The translations under genes and the position numbers were made by a program. Under the pieces are notes generated by a model that saw only the letters and a program-made list of their open reading frames with translations, was not told the DNA's origin and did not search any database. Below, one piece after another: positions 26,966 to 35,311 of a DNA stretch of 44,154 nucleotides (positions are counted from its first letter, which is position 1; every line of letters starts with the position of its first letter). This DNA comes from a virus (taxonomy: Duplodnaviria; Caudoviricetes), in IMG/VR virus record IMGVR_UViG_3300033513_000018, positions 1 through 44,154 of that record; one strand, given 5' to 3'.

Positions 26966-28286
26966 TAGGAAGGAGTTGGAGTGGCAGGCGGATCGGATCG
27001 AGGCGGTGCTGACGCTGCATAAGGTGCCGGCGCGGGTGACGGGCGGGACGGTGACGCCGCGCTGGGTGCGATTCCAGGTGTTGCCGGCGCTGGGGGCGAA
27101 GATTGCTCAGGTGAAGGGCCTGAGTGAGGAGTTGGCAGCAGCGCTGGACGTGGCCAGTTGCCGGGTGTCGCGGCGAGGGGCAGCGGTGGCGGTGGAGGTG
27201 CCACGGGACGACCCACAGCCGGTGCGTCTGATGCCGCTGATGCATCAGCTCGGTGAGGCGGGTGATATTCCGTCGGTGACGGCGGTGTTGGGCCTGGCGG
27301 AAGATGGTGCGCCGCTGCTGATCCGGCTGCCGAGCCCGGACGTGGCGCACATTCTGGTGGCGGGGACGACGGGATCGGGGAAGACGGTGCTGTTGCAGGC
27401 GATGTGTCTCAGTCTGGCACTGGCGAATCGGCCGGAGGAGGTGGCGCAGGTGCTGGTGGATCCGAAGGGGACGGCATTCCAGGGATTCGCGGGGCTGCCG
27501 CACCTGGCGCGGCCGGTGATCGGGAGGATGGAGGAGGCGGTGGAGGCGCTGCAGAGCCTGGTGCGGCTGCTGGAGCGGCGTGGGGGGGATTTGGACGGGC
27601 CGCGGGTGGTGGTGGTGATTGACGAGCTGGTGGATCTGTTGATGGTGGGAGGGGAGCCGGTGCAGTGGGCGTTGACGCGGCTGACGCAACGGGGACGGGA
27701 GGCGGGGATCCACGTAGTGGCGGCCACTCAAAAGCCGACGGCGGCGGTGTTGGGGCCGCTGGTGAAGGCGAACTTTCCGGTACGGCTCGTGGGGCACGTA
27801 ATGGGGATGGACGATGCTCGCACGGCGACGGGTTGGGGAGGGACGGGGGCGGAGCGGCTGATGGGGAAGGGGGATTTCCTGGCGGTGGCGGAGGGGCGGG
27901 TGATACGGTTCCAGGCGGCGCACGTGGCGGTGGAGGAGATTCGGGAGGCGGTATATGTGGCAGTGCAGCGGTTCTCGAGCCAGGGTGGGGCAGCGCCGAG
28001 GCCGGTGCAGATGCAAGTGCCGAGGCAGGTGCAGCGGTTGATTGAGGTGCTGGAGCCGGGGCTGGTGTTGCCAGTGGAGGTCCAGGCGGAGGCGAGCGAG
28101 ATGGATGTGATGGTGGAGCGGCTGTTGAATGCGGGGTGGGCGAATGGGTCGTACCGGAGCGCATGCCGGTTGCTGGGAGAGGCGGAGGGTGGGCGGCGGT
28201 TCCAGTTGGTGCAGGCGGCAGTGGATCGGTTGAATGCTACCGCTACCGCTACCAAAGACGGGAATGGGGGGAACGGGAACGGTTAG
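26958..28286 (+). CDS. FtsK/SpoIIIE (TraB-like) DNA translocase
   Basis: FtsK-alpha-like N-terminus, HILVAGTTGSGKT, VVVIDE, GREAGIHVVAATQKP, GAERLMGKGDFL. Confidence 0.9.
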   Translation: MSSRKELEWQADRIEAVLTLHKVPARVTGGTVTPRWVRFQVLPALGAKIAQVKGLSEELAAALDVASCRVSRRGAAVAVEVPRDDPQPVRLMPLMHQLGEAGDIPSVTAVLGLAEDGAPLLIRLPSPDVAHILVAGTTGSGKTVLLQAMCLSLALANRPEEVAQVLVDPKGTAFQGFAGLPHLARPVIGRMEEAVEALQSLVRLLERRGGDLDGPRVVVVIDELVDLLMVGGEPVQWALTRLTQRGREAGIHVVAATQKPTAAVLGPLVKANFPVRLVGHVMGMDDARTATGWGGTGAERLMGKGDFLAVAEGRVIRFQAAHVAVEEIREAVYVAVQRFSSQGGAAPRPVQMQVPRQVQRLIEVLEPGLVLPVEVQAEASEMDVMVERLLNAGWANGSYRSACRLLGEAEGGRRFQLVQAAVDRLNATATATKDGNGGNGNG

Positions 28287-28319
28287 GGGTTGTTTGGGCG
28301 GTAGCGGTAGCACGGTAGC
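28236..28319. repeat. (GCTACC)3 ... (GGTAGC)3 inverted hexamer arrays at ftsK 3' end
   Basis: Read directly from the sequence. Confidence 0.7.
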
Positions 28320-28332
28320 AGGGAGGCGAGAT

Positions 28333-28761
28333 ATGCAACAAGGGTATTTTGTTCCAGTGGAGTCCCCCACTCCACCGGCGCCGAGGAAGCGGAAGGTTGG
28401 CGCTGTAGAGATGGTGGCGGCGCTGGCGGTGTTGGTGGTAATTGGGGTGAGCACATATGTGATGCTGAACCGGCTATCGGAGCAGGTTCTCACGATAATT
28501 GCTACGATTGGGTGCGCGGCGGGGGTGGCGGTGCCGGGGGTGCTTGTGGCGCTGTTGGTGATGGTGAAGCGGGCGGAGGGGAGCGGGAGGCGGGAGGTTG
28601 TACCACAGCAGCAACCGCAGATGACGCAACCAATGATTATGATGGTGCCGCCAATGGCGATGCCGCAGATGCAGGGGCCGCAGCCGGCGGTGTGGGATAG
28701 TAGGCCGGTGGAGCGGAGGTTTACGGTGGTGGGAGGAGGGGACGGGGAGTGGGGGGAGTGA
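28333..28761 (+). CDS. Two-TM membrane protein with Pro/Gln/Met-rich tail
   Basis: GGAGG RBS; two hydrophobic helices. Confidence 0.6.
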   Translation: MQQGYFVPVESPTPPAPRKRKVGAVEMVAALAVLVVIGVSTYVMLNRLSEQVLTIIATIGCAAGVAVPGVLVALLVMVKRAEGSGRREVVPQQQPQMTQPMIMMVPPMAMPQMQGPQPAVWDSRPVERRFTVVGGGDGEWGE

Positions 28762-29084
28762 TAGATAGGCAGTTAGTGCTCCCGCTGTTTCAGATGCGGA
28801 CGGGATTCCCGCCAACATGCCCGATCCTCGGATGGACGCCGAATGGATTGCGCTGTTATGGCTGTAAATTCCGTATCTACTCGGCAGATGGCACATCCTC
28901 GTGTCGGCATGCGGGCTACCAGGATGCGCCGGGGGTTCATTTTTGCTTGGGCTGTGGGATTGAACTGGGGCCGTGGGCTGAGGCACACGGGTGGGAGTAT
29001 TGTGGCGGGCCGGTAGGCCAGTGTTTGCATGTGGTGTATGCTGGAATGGAGGGGGATCATGGATCTCGAGGAGTTGGTGAGTAG
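28758..29084 (+). CDS. Cys-rich hypothetical protein
   Basis: GTGA overlap; several CxxC motifs. Confidence 0.45.
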   Translation: MIDRQLVLPLFQMRTGFPPTCPILGWTPNGLRCYGCKFRIYSADGTSSCRHAGYQDAPGVHFCLGCGIELGPWAEAHGWEYCGGPVGQCLHVVYAGMEGDHGSRGVGE

Positions 29085-29232
29085 GGGGGCGGGGATCGTG
29101 GGGCTGGTGGCGATTATTGTGCTGGCGGTGGGGGAAGGGGATACGGCGCTGTGGCTGGCAGTAGTGGCGCTGGGGCTGGCGGCGTGGGCGTTCGTGATGA
29201 GGGGGGATCGGCCGATCAGGTGGAGGAAGTGA
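29059..29232 (+). CDS. Small two-TM protein
   Basis: GGAGG RBS; hydrophobic. Confidence 0.5.
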   Translation: MDLEELVSRGAGIVGLVAIIVLAVGEGDTALWLAVVALGLAAWAFVMRGDRPIRWRK

Positions 29233-29268
29233 ACCACGGATGACACCACGGATGAAGAAATACACGAT

Positions 29269-29297
29269 GGTTCCGAGTAAGGAATCTTATAGGGAGT
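29269..29297 (+). other. dif-like site 9 (degenerate, 7-bp spacer): GGTTCCGAGTA aggaatc TTATAGGGAGT
   Basis: Perfect left arm; preceded by the same TACACGAT motif as other sites. Confidence 0.55.
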
Positions 29298-29411
29298 AAT
29301 GCGTAATTCATAATGCGTAAGGGATAATTGGCCACTACGTGGGTTGTACACGGTAGCAGATAGGATGAGCATCCGCTACCGTGTAGTTTTGGGCGAAAAG
29401 GGGCCAAATGC

Positions 29412-29448
29412 TTGACAAGTCAATTGAATTGTACTATAATTCAATTGA
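29412..29448 (+). promoter_or_regulatory. Consensus sigma70 promoter TTGACA-17-TATAAT with overlapping palindromic operator
   Basis: TTGACA 29412-29417, TATAAT 29435-29440; TCAATTGAATT-N7-AATTCAATTGA at 29420-29448. Confidence 0.85.
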
Positions 29449-29493
29449 ACGTAGGATAAACCAGAACGAACTAGGATAGAAAGGAGCACGGAA

Positions 29494-30126
29494 ATGGAAA
29501 ACAGGAACGATATCAGCAAGTTGACCGCAGCAGGGGTTCCCGCCACCACTACCGATTTTTCCTGTGGCTGGTGGGGGAAGCATCTGCCTCCCCAGATCGT
29601 TGAAGGCCAGATCACCATCGCGGTTGGCCAGGGCTACCGCAGCAATAAGCACGTTCACGGCCAGAACGTCTATGTCGTGGAGACCGGCGAGCGGGTCGCG
29701 CTGATCGAGATGCGCAAGTACGGCGATCTGTACGGCTCAGGGATGTGGCACTATCTGGTTGGGGTGGATGGGGCCGCGTTCGTGGCGCAGGTGCCGAACA
29801 CGATTGACAGTCTGGCCGAGGCGCTTGAGTATTTGAAGCCGGTCGAGGTCAAGCGAGCGGAGGAGGCCGGGCTGAAGGTGCAGCGGCAGGGAGATTGGTA
29901 CTTTGTGCCCCTGGCCCGCACGCCGCGCGGTGAGGTCGAGCTCAATCAGGCGCTGGACGATGATCACATCGCCGCGATCAGCATCCGCACGAAGACGGTT
30001 ACCTATGTGCAGGGAGCGGTGGCGCATGGGCAGCATCCGCCAGTGTACCTGGATACCTGGCACAAGGCGATTCGGAACAAGGCAATCCGCACGGGCCGGT
30101 TGGCCCAAGGCGGCGGGGCGGACTAG
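29494..30126 (+). CDS. Hypothetical protein with RQGD...H..H motif
   Basis: AGGAG RBS; VQRQGDWYFVP..HIA..HGQH. Confidence 0.65.
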   Translation: MENRNDISKLTAAGVPATTTDFSCGWWGKHLPPQIVEGQITIAVGQGYRSNKHVHGQNVYVVETGERVALIEMRKYGDLYGSGMWHYLVGVDGAAFVAQVPNTIDSLAEALEYLKPVEVKRAEEAGLKVQRQGDWYFVPLARTPRGEVELNQALDDDHIAAISIRTKTVTYVQGAVAHGQHPPVYLDTWHKAIRNKAIRTGRLAQGGGAD

Positions 30127-30139
30127 ATGGCCATCACTA

Positions 30140-30174
30140 TCCCGGCCGGGATGTGCTCTCGCTCCCGGCCGGGA
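30140..30174 (+). terminator. Hairpin TCCCGGCCGGGA-N11-TCCCGGCCGGGA
   Basis: Two self-palindromic 12-mers that can also pair with each other. Confidence 0.45.
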
Positions 30175-30197
30175 ATCTATGATGAGGAGATGCAACG

Positions 30198-30794
30198 ATG
30201 ATTCAGATACCAGAGCGATACGAGGAGACGGTCAGGCGATTCATCCGGGAGTATGCCAACCGGAGGACCTGGGAGATTGAGCAGGCGTTCCTGGGGATAC
30301 AAGTGGGGATGATCACGGACGAGCTGGCGTTCGGATCGGCGCTGGCGGATCAGTTGGCGGAGATTGCGCGGGCAGCCGATGGGCAGATGGAGCACACGGA
30401 GAATGGGTGGACGGAGGGTGTGCTGTACGAGGGGGTCCAGGATCTGATGGAGCGGCTGTTCTGTCCGCCAGGGCTGGGAACGGCCTACGATATTCCAGCG
30501 CGATTCTGGGAGACGGACCTGGGGCAGATGGTGGCCCGGGCGATGCTGTGGATGCGGGGGGATGAGCTGATTACGATCCGTGAGGCTGCCGAACTGCGTG
30601 GGGTCTCAGTGCAGGCGATCAGTCAGGCAATCGCGGCCGGGAAACTGCGGCGGTACGTGGATCCTGATGCGCCAGCGCGGCAGGGGCGGGTGTTGGTTAG
30701 CCGACGGGAGGTGATGGAGGATGGGTCTGGAGTTGCAGACAGCGAAGCGGTTGCGGACGACACGGCGGCAGTGGCTGAAGAAGTTGACGCATAA
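30198..30794 (+). CDS. Protein with C-terminal excisionase-type HTH
   Basis: LITIREAAELRGVSVQAISQAIAAGKL. Confidence 0.7.
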   Translation: MIQIPERYEETVRRFIREYANRRTWEIEQAFLGIQVGMITDELAFGSALADQLAEIARAADGQMEHTENGWTEGVLYEGVQDLMERLFCPPGLGTAYDIPARFWETDLGQMVARAMLWMRGDELITIREAAELRGVSVQAISQAIAAGKLRRYVDPDAPARQGRVLVSRREVMEDGSGVADSEAVADDTAAVAEEVDA

Positions 30795-30951
30795 CCGGGA
30801 GGTGATGAAACGCCACGAGGCGGGGACGCCGTGGCACACGCGGGCCAGACTGGACGCGGAGTCATACGCAGCGAAGATCGGGCGGATCGAGGCGGAGTTG
30901 AGGAGGCGGGGGGAGGCGCTGGAGTTGCCAAATGAGGCACAAAGGAGGTAA
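30721..30951 (+). CDS. Hypothetical basic protein
   Basis: GGAGG RBS; overlaps the upstream gene tail. Confidence 0.45.
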   Translation: MGLELQTAKRLRTTRRQWLKKLTHNREVMKRHEAGTPWHTRARLDAESYAAKIGRIEAELRRRGEALELPNEAQRR

Positions 30952-30954
30952 CGA

Positions 30955-31179
30955 ATGAAACTGTACACGTTCAATCCACCACCCAAAACACGCAAGCCGT
31001 GGAAACTCGTCGTTAGAGTGAAACCACCACACAAACCCAGCTATATGTGGACCACGAATCACCGCAGTCGGGCAGATGCCCTCCACTGGCTAGAGATCAA
31101 TAAGGGTCTTTACGCCGTTGCGGGCCACAAAATCAAGAAAATCAGTCTGAAAGAGGTCGCCGATGAGAAAACCAAATAA
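30955..31179 (+). CDS. Hypothetical basic protein
   Basis: AGGAGG RBS; atypical C/A-rich composition. Confidence 0.55.
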   Translation: MKLYTFNPPPKTRKPWKLVVRVKPPHKPSYMWTTNHRSRADALHWLEINKGLYAVAGHKIKKISLKEVADEKTK

Positions 31180-31351
31180 ATCAGCTCCGTGGACTCTCCG
31201 CACAGCCTTTGACGCACCAGGCTGCGCCCGCCAATATGAGACGACTATCCACTCCTCCAAGAGGGCCGCGCTCGCCTGGCTCAAGCATAAGCAATGGCAA
31301 GCCCGCCGAATGGGATGCCGAATCATCCGCGAGAGCCTGCATCGGCAATAA
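31163..31351 (+). CDS. Hypothetical basic protein (similar to upstream gene)
   Basis: GAGG RBS; shares the PW.L...H.S...AL.WL pattern. Confidence 0.5.
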   Translation: MRKPNKSAPWTLRTAFDAPGCARQYETTIHSSKRAALAWLKHKQWQARRMGCRIIRESLHRQ

Positions 31352-31396
31352 GGTCTAGGGGGTGAGAATTTCTAGGAATTCTTGACCTCATGGCTG

Positions 31397-31425
31397 TTGA
31401 CACGAGGCGCAATTTGTGTTATACT
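31397..31425 (+). promoter_or_regulatory. Sigma70 promoter TTGACA-17-TATACT (putative late promoter)
   Basis: Near-consensus hexamers with 17-bp spacing upstream of lysis/packaging genes. Confidence 0.75.
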
Positions 31426-31442
31426 GACTGGCGGGAGCTAGA

Positions 31443-31640
31443 ATGCGGATACAAATGCAGGATGGTTCTCGGGACATTGAGGTGACAGGCCGTGTGGCGG
31501 TGCTGGTGCGTTGGCTGGCAGCCAATGTGGGAAGGGTCACGCGGCCGGATAGGGTGCAGGTGACTTTCGACTGCGCCGGGTCTACGGTTCACGCGACTGT
31601 GAAGGAGAGTGAGCCAGTGGAGCCGGCGCAGTTGCGTTAG
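31443..31640 (+). CDS. Hypothetical leader protein
   Basis: GGGAG RBS; first ORF after the promoter. Confidence 0.5.
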   Translation: MRIQMQDGSRDIEVTGRVAVLVRWLAANVGRVTRPDRVQVTFDCAGSTVHATVKESEPVEPAQLR

Positions 31641-31652
31641 TTAAGGTGAATA

Positions 31653-31736
31653 ACCTTCCCGAAAGCCGGGAGCTTTCGGGAAGGTAGGGCGTTAGCGTAA
31701 GAAGCGCGCCACCCAGTGAATGGGTGGCGCGTTTCT
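31653..31736 (+). terminator. Two tandem strong hairpins (attenuator/terminator)
   Basis: ACCTTCCCGAAAGC/GCTTTCGGGAAGGT and GCGCGCCACCCA/TGGGTGGCGCGT followed by TTCTCGTT. Confidence 0.6.
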
Positions 31737-31741
31737 CGTTG

Positions 31742-31769
31742 GGTTCCGGGTAGCATTGTTATCGGAATG
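31742..31769 (+). other. dif-like site 10: GGTTCCGGGTA gcattg TTATCGGAATG
   Basis: Consensus match before the lysis module. Confidence 0.75.
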
Positions 31770-31799
31770 TAATCTCAAGAATCTATAGGAGGTGTGGAG

Positions 31800-32087
31800 A
31801 TGATTACGGCTGAGGAGTTGTGCGCGATCGCGGGTGCGGTGTTGTCGCTGTTGTTCTCGTATGTGCCGAGGCTATCGGAATGGTACGATGCCCTGGCGCC
31901 AACGATGAAGCGGCTGCTGATGGCGGCGTTGCTGATCGTCGTGGCGGCAGCGATTTTCGGCCTGTCATGCTGGGGGGTCCTGGCCCGGGTGGAATGCACG
32001 CAGGCGGGGGCGCTGGGCCTCGTCAAGGTGCTGATCGCGGCGCTGGTGGCCAATCAGGCAACGTATCTGATCTCGCCTAAGAAGTAG
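31800..32087 (+). CDS. Putative holin
   Basis: 3 TM helices with basic C-terminus; upstream of peptidase. Confidence 0.7.
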   Translation: MITAEELCAIAGAVLSLLFSYVPRLSEWYDALAPTMKRLLMAALLIVVAAAIFGLSCWGVLARVECTQAGALGLVKVLIAALVANQATYLISPKK

Positions 32088-32088
32088 C

Positions 32089-32451
32089 GTGGATTCGACT
32101 GTCGCGGTGATCGTGGCGCTGGCTGGGGTGGTGACGGGGGTCGGCGGGCTGTTCGCGTCCTGGCGGACGTCGCGGGCGTCGGCGCGGAAGGACGAGGTTG
32201 ACGCGCTGCGGGGGATCATCGAGGAGTTGCGCCGGCACGATGACGCGCAGTCGAAGGAGATGACGAAGCAGGCGCGGCAGTTGGGGCGGCTGGCGGCAGA
32301 GGTCCGCACATGGAAGCGGAGATTTGAGCGGGTGTGTGAGCGGTTCGGGGTAAATCCGAATCAGATGATCACGGGGAGGCTGGGGCCGCTGCCAGAGGGG
32401 GAGGATGGGATCGGAAGTGGAACGCAGATGAACGCGGACGAACGCAGATGA
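32089..32451 (+). CDS. N-terminal TM + coiled-coil protein (lysis accessory)
   Basis: TM then heptad-rich region, within the lysis cassette. Confidence 0.55.
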   Translation: MDSTVAVIVALAGVVTGVGGLFASWRTSRASARKDEVDALRGIIEELRRHDDAQSKEMTKQARQLGRLAAEVRTWKRRFERVCERFGVNPNQMITGRLGPLPEGEDGIGSGTQMNADERR

Positions 32452-32478
32452 ACGCAGATTGGAGGGGAGGAGACTGGG

Positions 32479-33114
32479 GTGGGTGAGTTGGAGCGGGTGG
32501 TGGGGACGGCGATCCCAGCGCTGCGGGAGTTGGCGATGGTGTTGGAGGAGGCGGCCAGTGAGCAGCCGGCCAGCGGCGGGCTGCCCCTGGCCGTGAGTTT
32601 CCGGCTGCCGCTGGGGAACCTTGATCGGCGCTGGTATGAAGGCACGCGGCGATACGGGCCGTACAATTATCACCCAGAGCGATGTGAGGATTGGAATCTG
32701 GAGAGTGGGGGAAATACGGACGTGGGGGAGCCGGTGGTGGCACCGTTCGCGGGACTGGTGACGAGCGCACGGACGTGGGGGGCATCGGTGGGACGGGCGG
32801 TGCAACTCCTCGGGCTCACGCCGGCGGGTGAGGTGGTGGTATGGGTGGGATGGCACCTGCAACGAAGTGACGTCGCGGCAGGGGCAATCGTGCGGATGGG
32901 GGATCCGGTCGGGGCGATTGGAAACGCGGATGGGTATTATGCGGGGGCGCATCTCCACGAGCAAATTTGCCTCTTGAATGAGTTGGGGGTGCCGTCGTCG
33001 GGGCTATTCGCGGGGGCGGACGGGCGATATCGCTGGCAACAGCCGAGCCGGTTCTACGTGGAGCGGGGAGTAGACGCGGAGTTGGTGCAGCGGTGCGCGG
33101 GGTGGAGGGAGTAG
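32479..33114 (+). CDS. M23 family peptidase (putative endolysin)
   Basis: H..(CE)DWN, GEPVVAPFAGLV, WHL..V..G..V.MGDPVGAIG, AHLH. Confidence 0.75.
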   Translation: MGELERVVGTAIPALRELAMVLEEAASEQPASGGLPLAVSFRLPLGNLDRRWYEGTRRYGPYNYHPERCEDWNLESGGNTDVGEPVVAPFAGLVTSARTWGASVGRAVQLLGLTPAGEVVVWVGWHLQRSDVAAGAIVRMGDPVGAIGNADGYYAGAHLHEQICLLNELGVPSSGLFAGADGRYRWQQPSRFYVERGVDAELVQRCAGWRE

Positions 33115-33125
33115 GGGGCAAGGGG

Positions 33126-33350
33126 ATGGATGATAAGCAGCGGGAGTTGGCGCGGAATGTGGCGCAGGCAGCGCGAATACGCGCCAGACGGCGGATGGCG
33201 TTCGAGGTACGGTGGCTACGGTGGGCATTGGATGAGTTGAATCAAAGATGTGATCGCCTGACGCAAATCGTGGCTACGTGGGAGTTGGCGAACGGGGTGG
33301 AGAAGATAGCAAATGAGAGTGGCGAGGACGGGGGCGAAAAAGGGCTGTAG
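33126..33350 (+). CDS. Hypothetical protein
   Basis: Short ORF in operon. Confidence 0.45.
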   Translation: MDDKQRELARNVAQAARIRARRRMAFEVRWLRWALDELNQRCDRLTQIVATWELANGVEKIANESGEDGGEKGL

Positions 33351-33582
33351 CCCGACCTGGTACGTGGCAGCGTTGGGGGTGGAGGAGCAGACGGCGGTGT
33401 TGGCAGGCTTGTTGACGGACCGGTCGCCGGATGCGGGGTACCGGTTTGCGTTGGTGTGGGGATTGGGGAGTAAGGCGGCGGCGGCGAAGGCGCTGGAGGC
33501 GATGAGGCCAGAGGTGGAGGCGGCGGTGGAGAAGGTGCGGGGATGGCTGGCGCAGGAGCCGAGGCGGTTTGGTGCGGGATGA
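33313..33582 (+). CDS. Hypothetical protein
   Basis: Short ORF with phage-like codon usage. Confidence 0.45.
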   Translation: MRVARTGAKKGCSPTWYVAALGVEEQTAVLAGLLTDRSPDAGYRFALVWGLGSKAAAAKALEAMRPEVEAAVEKVRGWLAQEPRRFGAG

Positions 33583-33696
33583 CGGGAAGGTTTCGCGTAG
33601 CGATGGCTTAGAATGCCTGGGTGAGGTGGGGTTACACTGCCCTGCCCCACCTCGCCCGGCTCTGAAGTAAGCAGAGTAGATGATAGGGTTTCGATA

Positions 33697-34518
33697 GTGA
33701 AGGGGATTGGGTGGGCGACTGAGGAACTACGCCAGGCGCTGGTCGGGCTGAGCGGGCAGCAGATCGGCGGGATTGTGCGGCTGGTGCAGGCGGAGCTGGA
33801 CGGCCGGACGTTGACATCGCTGCTGGAGGGGTCGAATAAGATTTGCACCTCAGCGACGTTCTATGGGCGGGGGAAGCGGAGGGGTTGGCGCAGCCAGCCG
33901 GGATTCGTGCGGGCGCTCGACCTGGCACGGCGGGATTATCGGGCGTGGCTGCTGGAGCACTCGACGGGGGAGGCGCTGACGGTGCTGGCCAGCACGGCGC
34001 CAGAGGCGGCGCGGGCGCTGCGGCAGCAGGTGATAGGAAATGAGGTAGCCGTCGCGGCGCTGGAGACGATGCTGTGTACACAGGATGCGGATCTGCGGCG
34101 ACGCGCGGCGGAGGGGTTGGGGAGGACGGGGCTGGCCCGGGTGGCGGAGCCGCTGAGGCGGGCGCTGGAGCGGGAGCGGGATCCCGAGGCGCTGGCAGCG
34201 CTGGTGGAGGCGCTGGGCCACGTGGCGGGTTCCCGGGACGGGGACCGGCGAACGGCGGCGGTGGCGGTGCTGGATCGGGCGGATATTCGGACGGCGGGGA
34301 AGGCGGCGGCGTCGCTGAACCAGGATGAGTATCTGGACCCGCTGGGGCACTTGTCGGATGAGGAGTTGGAGCAGGTGATCGCGAACCTGATGGTCGTACA
34401 GGCGGGCGCGGCCGGGGGGGAGTGTCATAATCACTACACGCAAACGGATGGAACCACGGATGGGGAAATACACGATGGGAACGGGGCTAGTTCCGATAAG
34501 GATCGAACTGGGAAGTAA
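33697..34518 (+). CDS. HEAT-repeat protein, probable terminase small subunit
   Basis: N-terminal TFY...W..QPGF HTH-like segment, HEAT repeats (RRRAAEGLG, ALVEALG), C-terminal LSDEELEQ; upstream of TerL. Confidence 0.6.
   Translation: MKGIGWATEELRQALVGLSGQQIGGIVRLVQAELDGRTLTSLLEGSNKICTSATFYGRGKRRGWRSQPGFVRALDLARRDYRAWLLEHSTGEALTVLASTAPEAARALRQQVIGNEVAVAALETMLCTQDADLRRRAAEGLGRTGLARVAEPLRRALERERDPEALAALVEALGHVAGSRDGDRRTAAVAVLDRADIRTAGKAAASLNQDEYLDPLGHLSDEELEQVIANLMVVQAGAAGGECHNHYTQTDGTTDGEIHDGNGASSDKDRTGK
34489..34516 (-). other. dif-like site 11 (reverse): AGTTCCGATAA ggatcg AACTGGGAAGT
   Basis: Consensus match at a gene boundary. Confidence 0.7.
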
Positions 34519-34546
34519 ATGAGGAATGGGTAGATGAGGAATGGGG

Positions 34547-35311
34547 ATGAATCCGATTCTGGCGATGATCAGGGCGGGGGTGCGGCGGACCGGGTTCGAC
34601 GTGGTGCGGTACCGGCGTGTGCCGCTGCCACCGGCCGATCTTGATGCACGCGACGTAGCGATTTGGAACAGGGTGCGGGATTATACGATGACCAGTCCCG
34701 AACGGGTGGCGGCGCTGGCCAGGGCGGTGCGGTACGTTGTGCGGGCGGAGATTCCAGGGGCAATCGTGGAGTGCGGGGTGGCGTGGGGTGGCAGCATAAT
34801 GGCGGCGGCGCTGGCGCTCTTGGAATGTGGGGTGAGGGATCGGGAATTATGGCTGTACGATACGTTCGAGGGAATGACACCTCCTGGGCCGGAGGATGTG
34901 ACGGGCGCGGGGGTGACAGGTACTGAGTTGTTCGAGCAATACACGCTTCACGGCCGGCGCGCCTGGTATGCGGTGGCGGTGGATGAGGTGGGCCGGAATG
35001 TGTGGAGCACGGGGTATCCGATGGACCAGGTGCACATGGTGAAGGGGCGCGTGGAGGATAGGCTGCCGGGGGTGATGCCGGCGAAGATGGCGCTCTTACG
35101 GCTGGATACCGATTGGTATCAGAGCACGAAGCACGAGCTCGTGCATCTGTATCCATTATTGTCGCCCGGCGGGGTGCTGCTCCTCGATGATTACGGCGGC
35201 TGGCGCGGCAGCCGTAAGGCGGCAGATGAGTATCTGCCGGGGGATGTGCTGTTGTGCCGGATTGATCAGCGTGGGTGCATAGCGGTGAAACCCGCGAGGG
35301 GGGGGGAGTGA
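34547..35311 (+). CDS. TylF/MycF/NovP-type O-methyltransferase
   Basis: YTMTSPER, IPGAIVECGVAWGGS, LYDTFEGM, LLRLDTDWYQST, LDDYG. Confidence 0.9.
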   Translation: MNPILAMIRAGVRRTGFDVVRYRRVPLPPADLDARDVAIWNRVRDYTMTSPERVAALARAVRYVVRAEIPGAIVECGVAWGGSIMAAALALLECGVRDRELWLYDTFEGMTPPGPEDVTGAGVTGTELFEQYTLHGRRAWYAVAVDEVGRNVWSTGYPMDQVHMVKGRVEDRLPGVMPAKMALLRLDTDWYQSTKHELVHLYPLLSPGGVLLLDDYGGWRGSRKAADEYLPGDVLLCRIDQRGCIAVKPARGGE

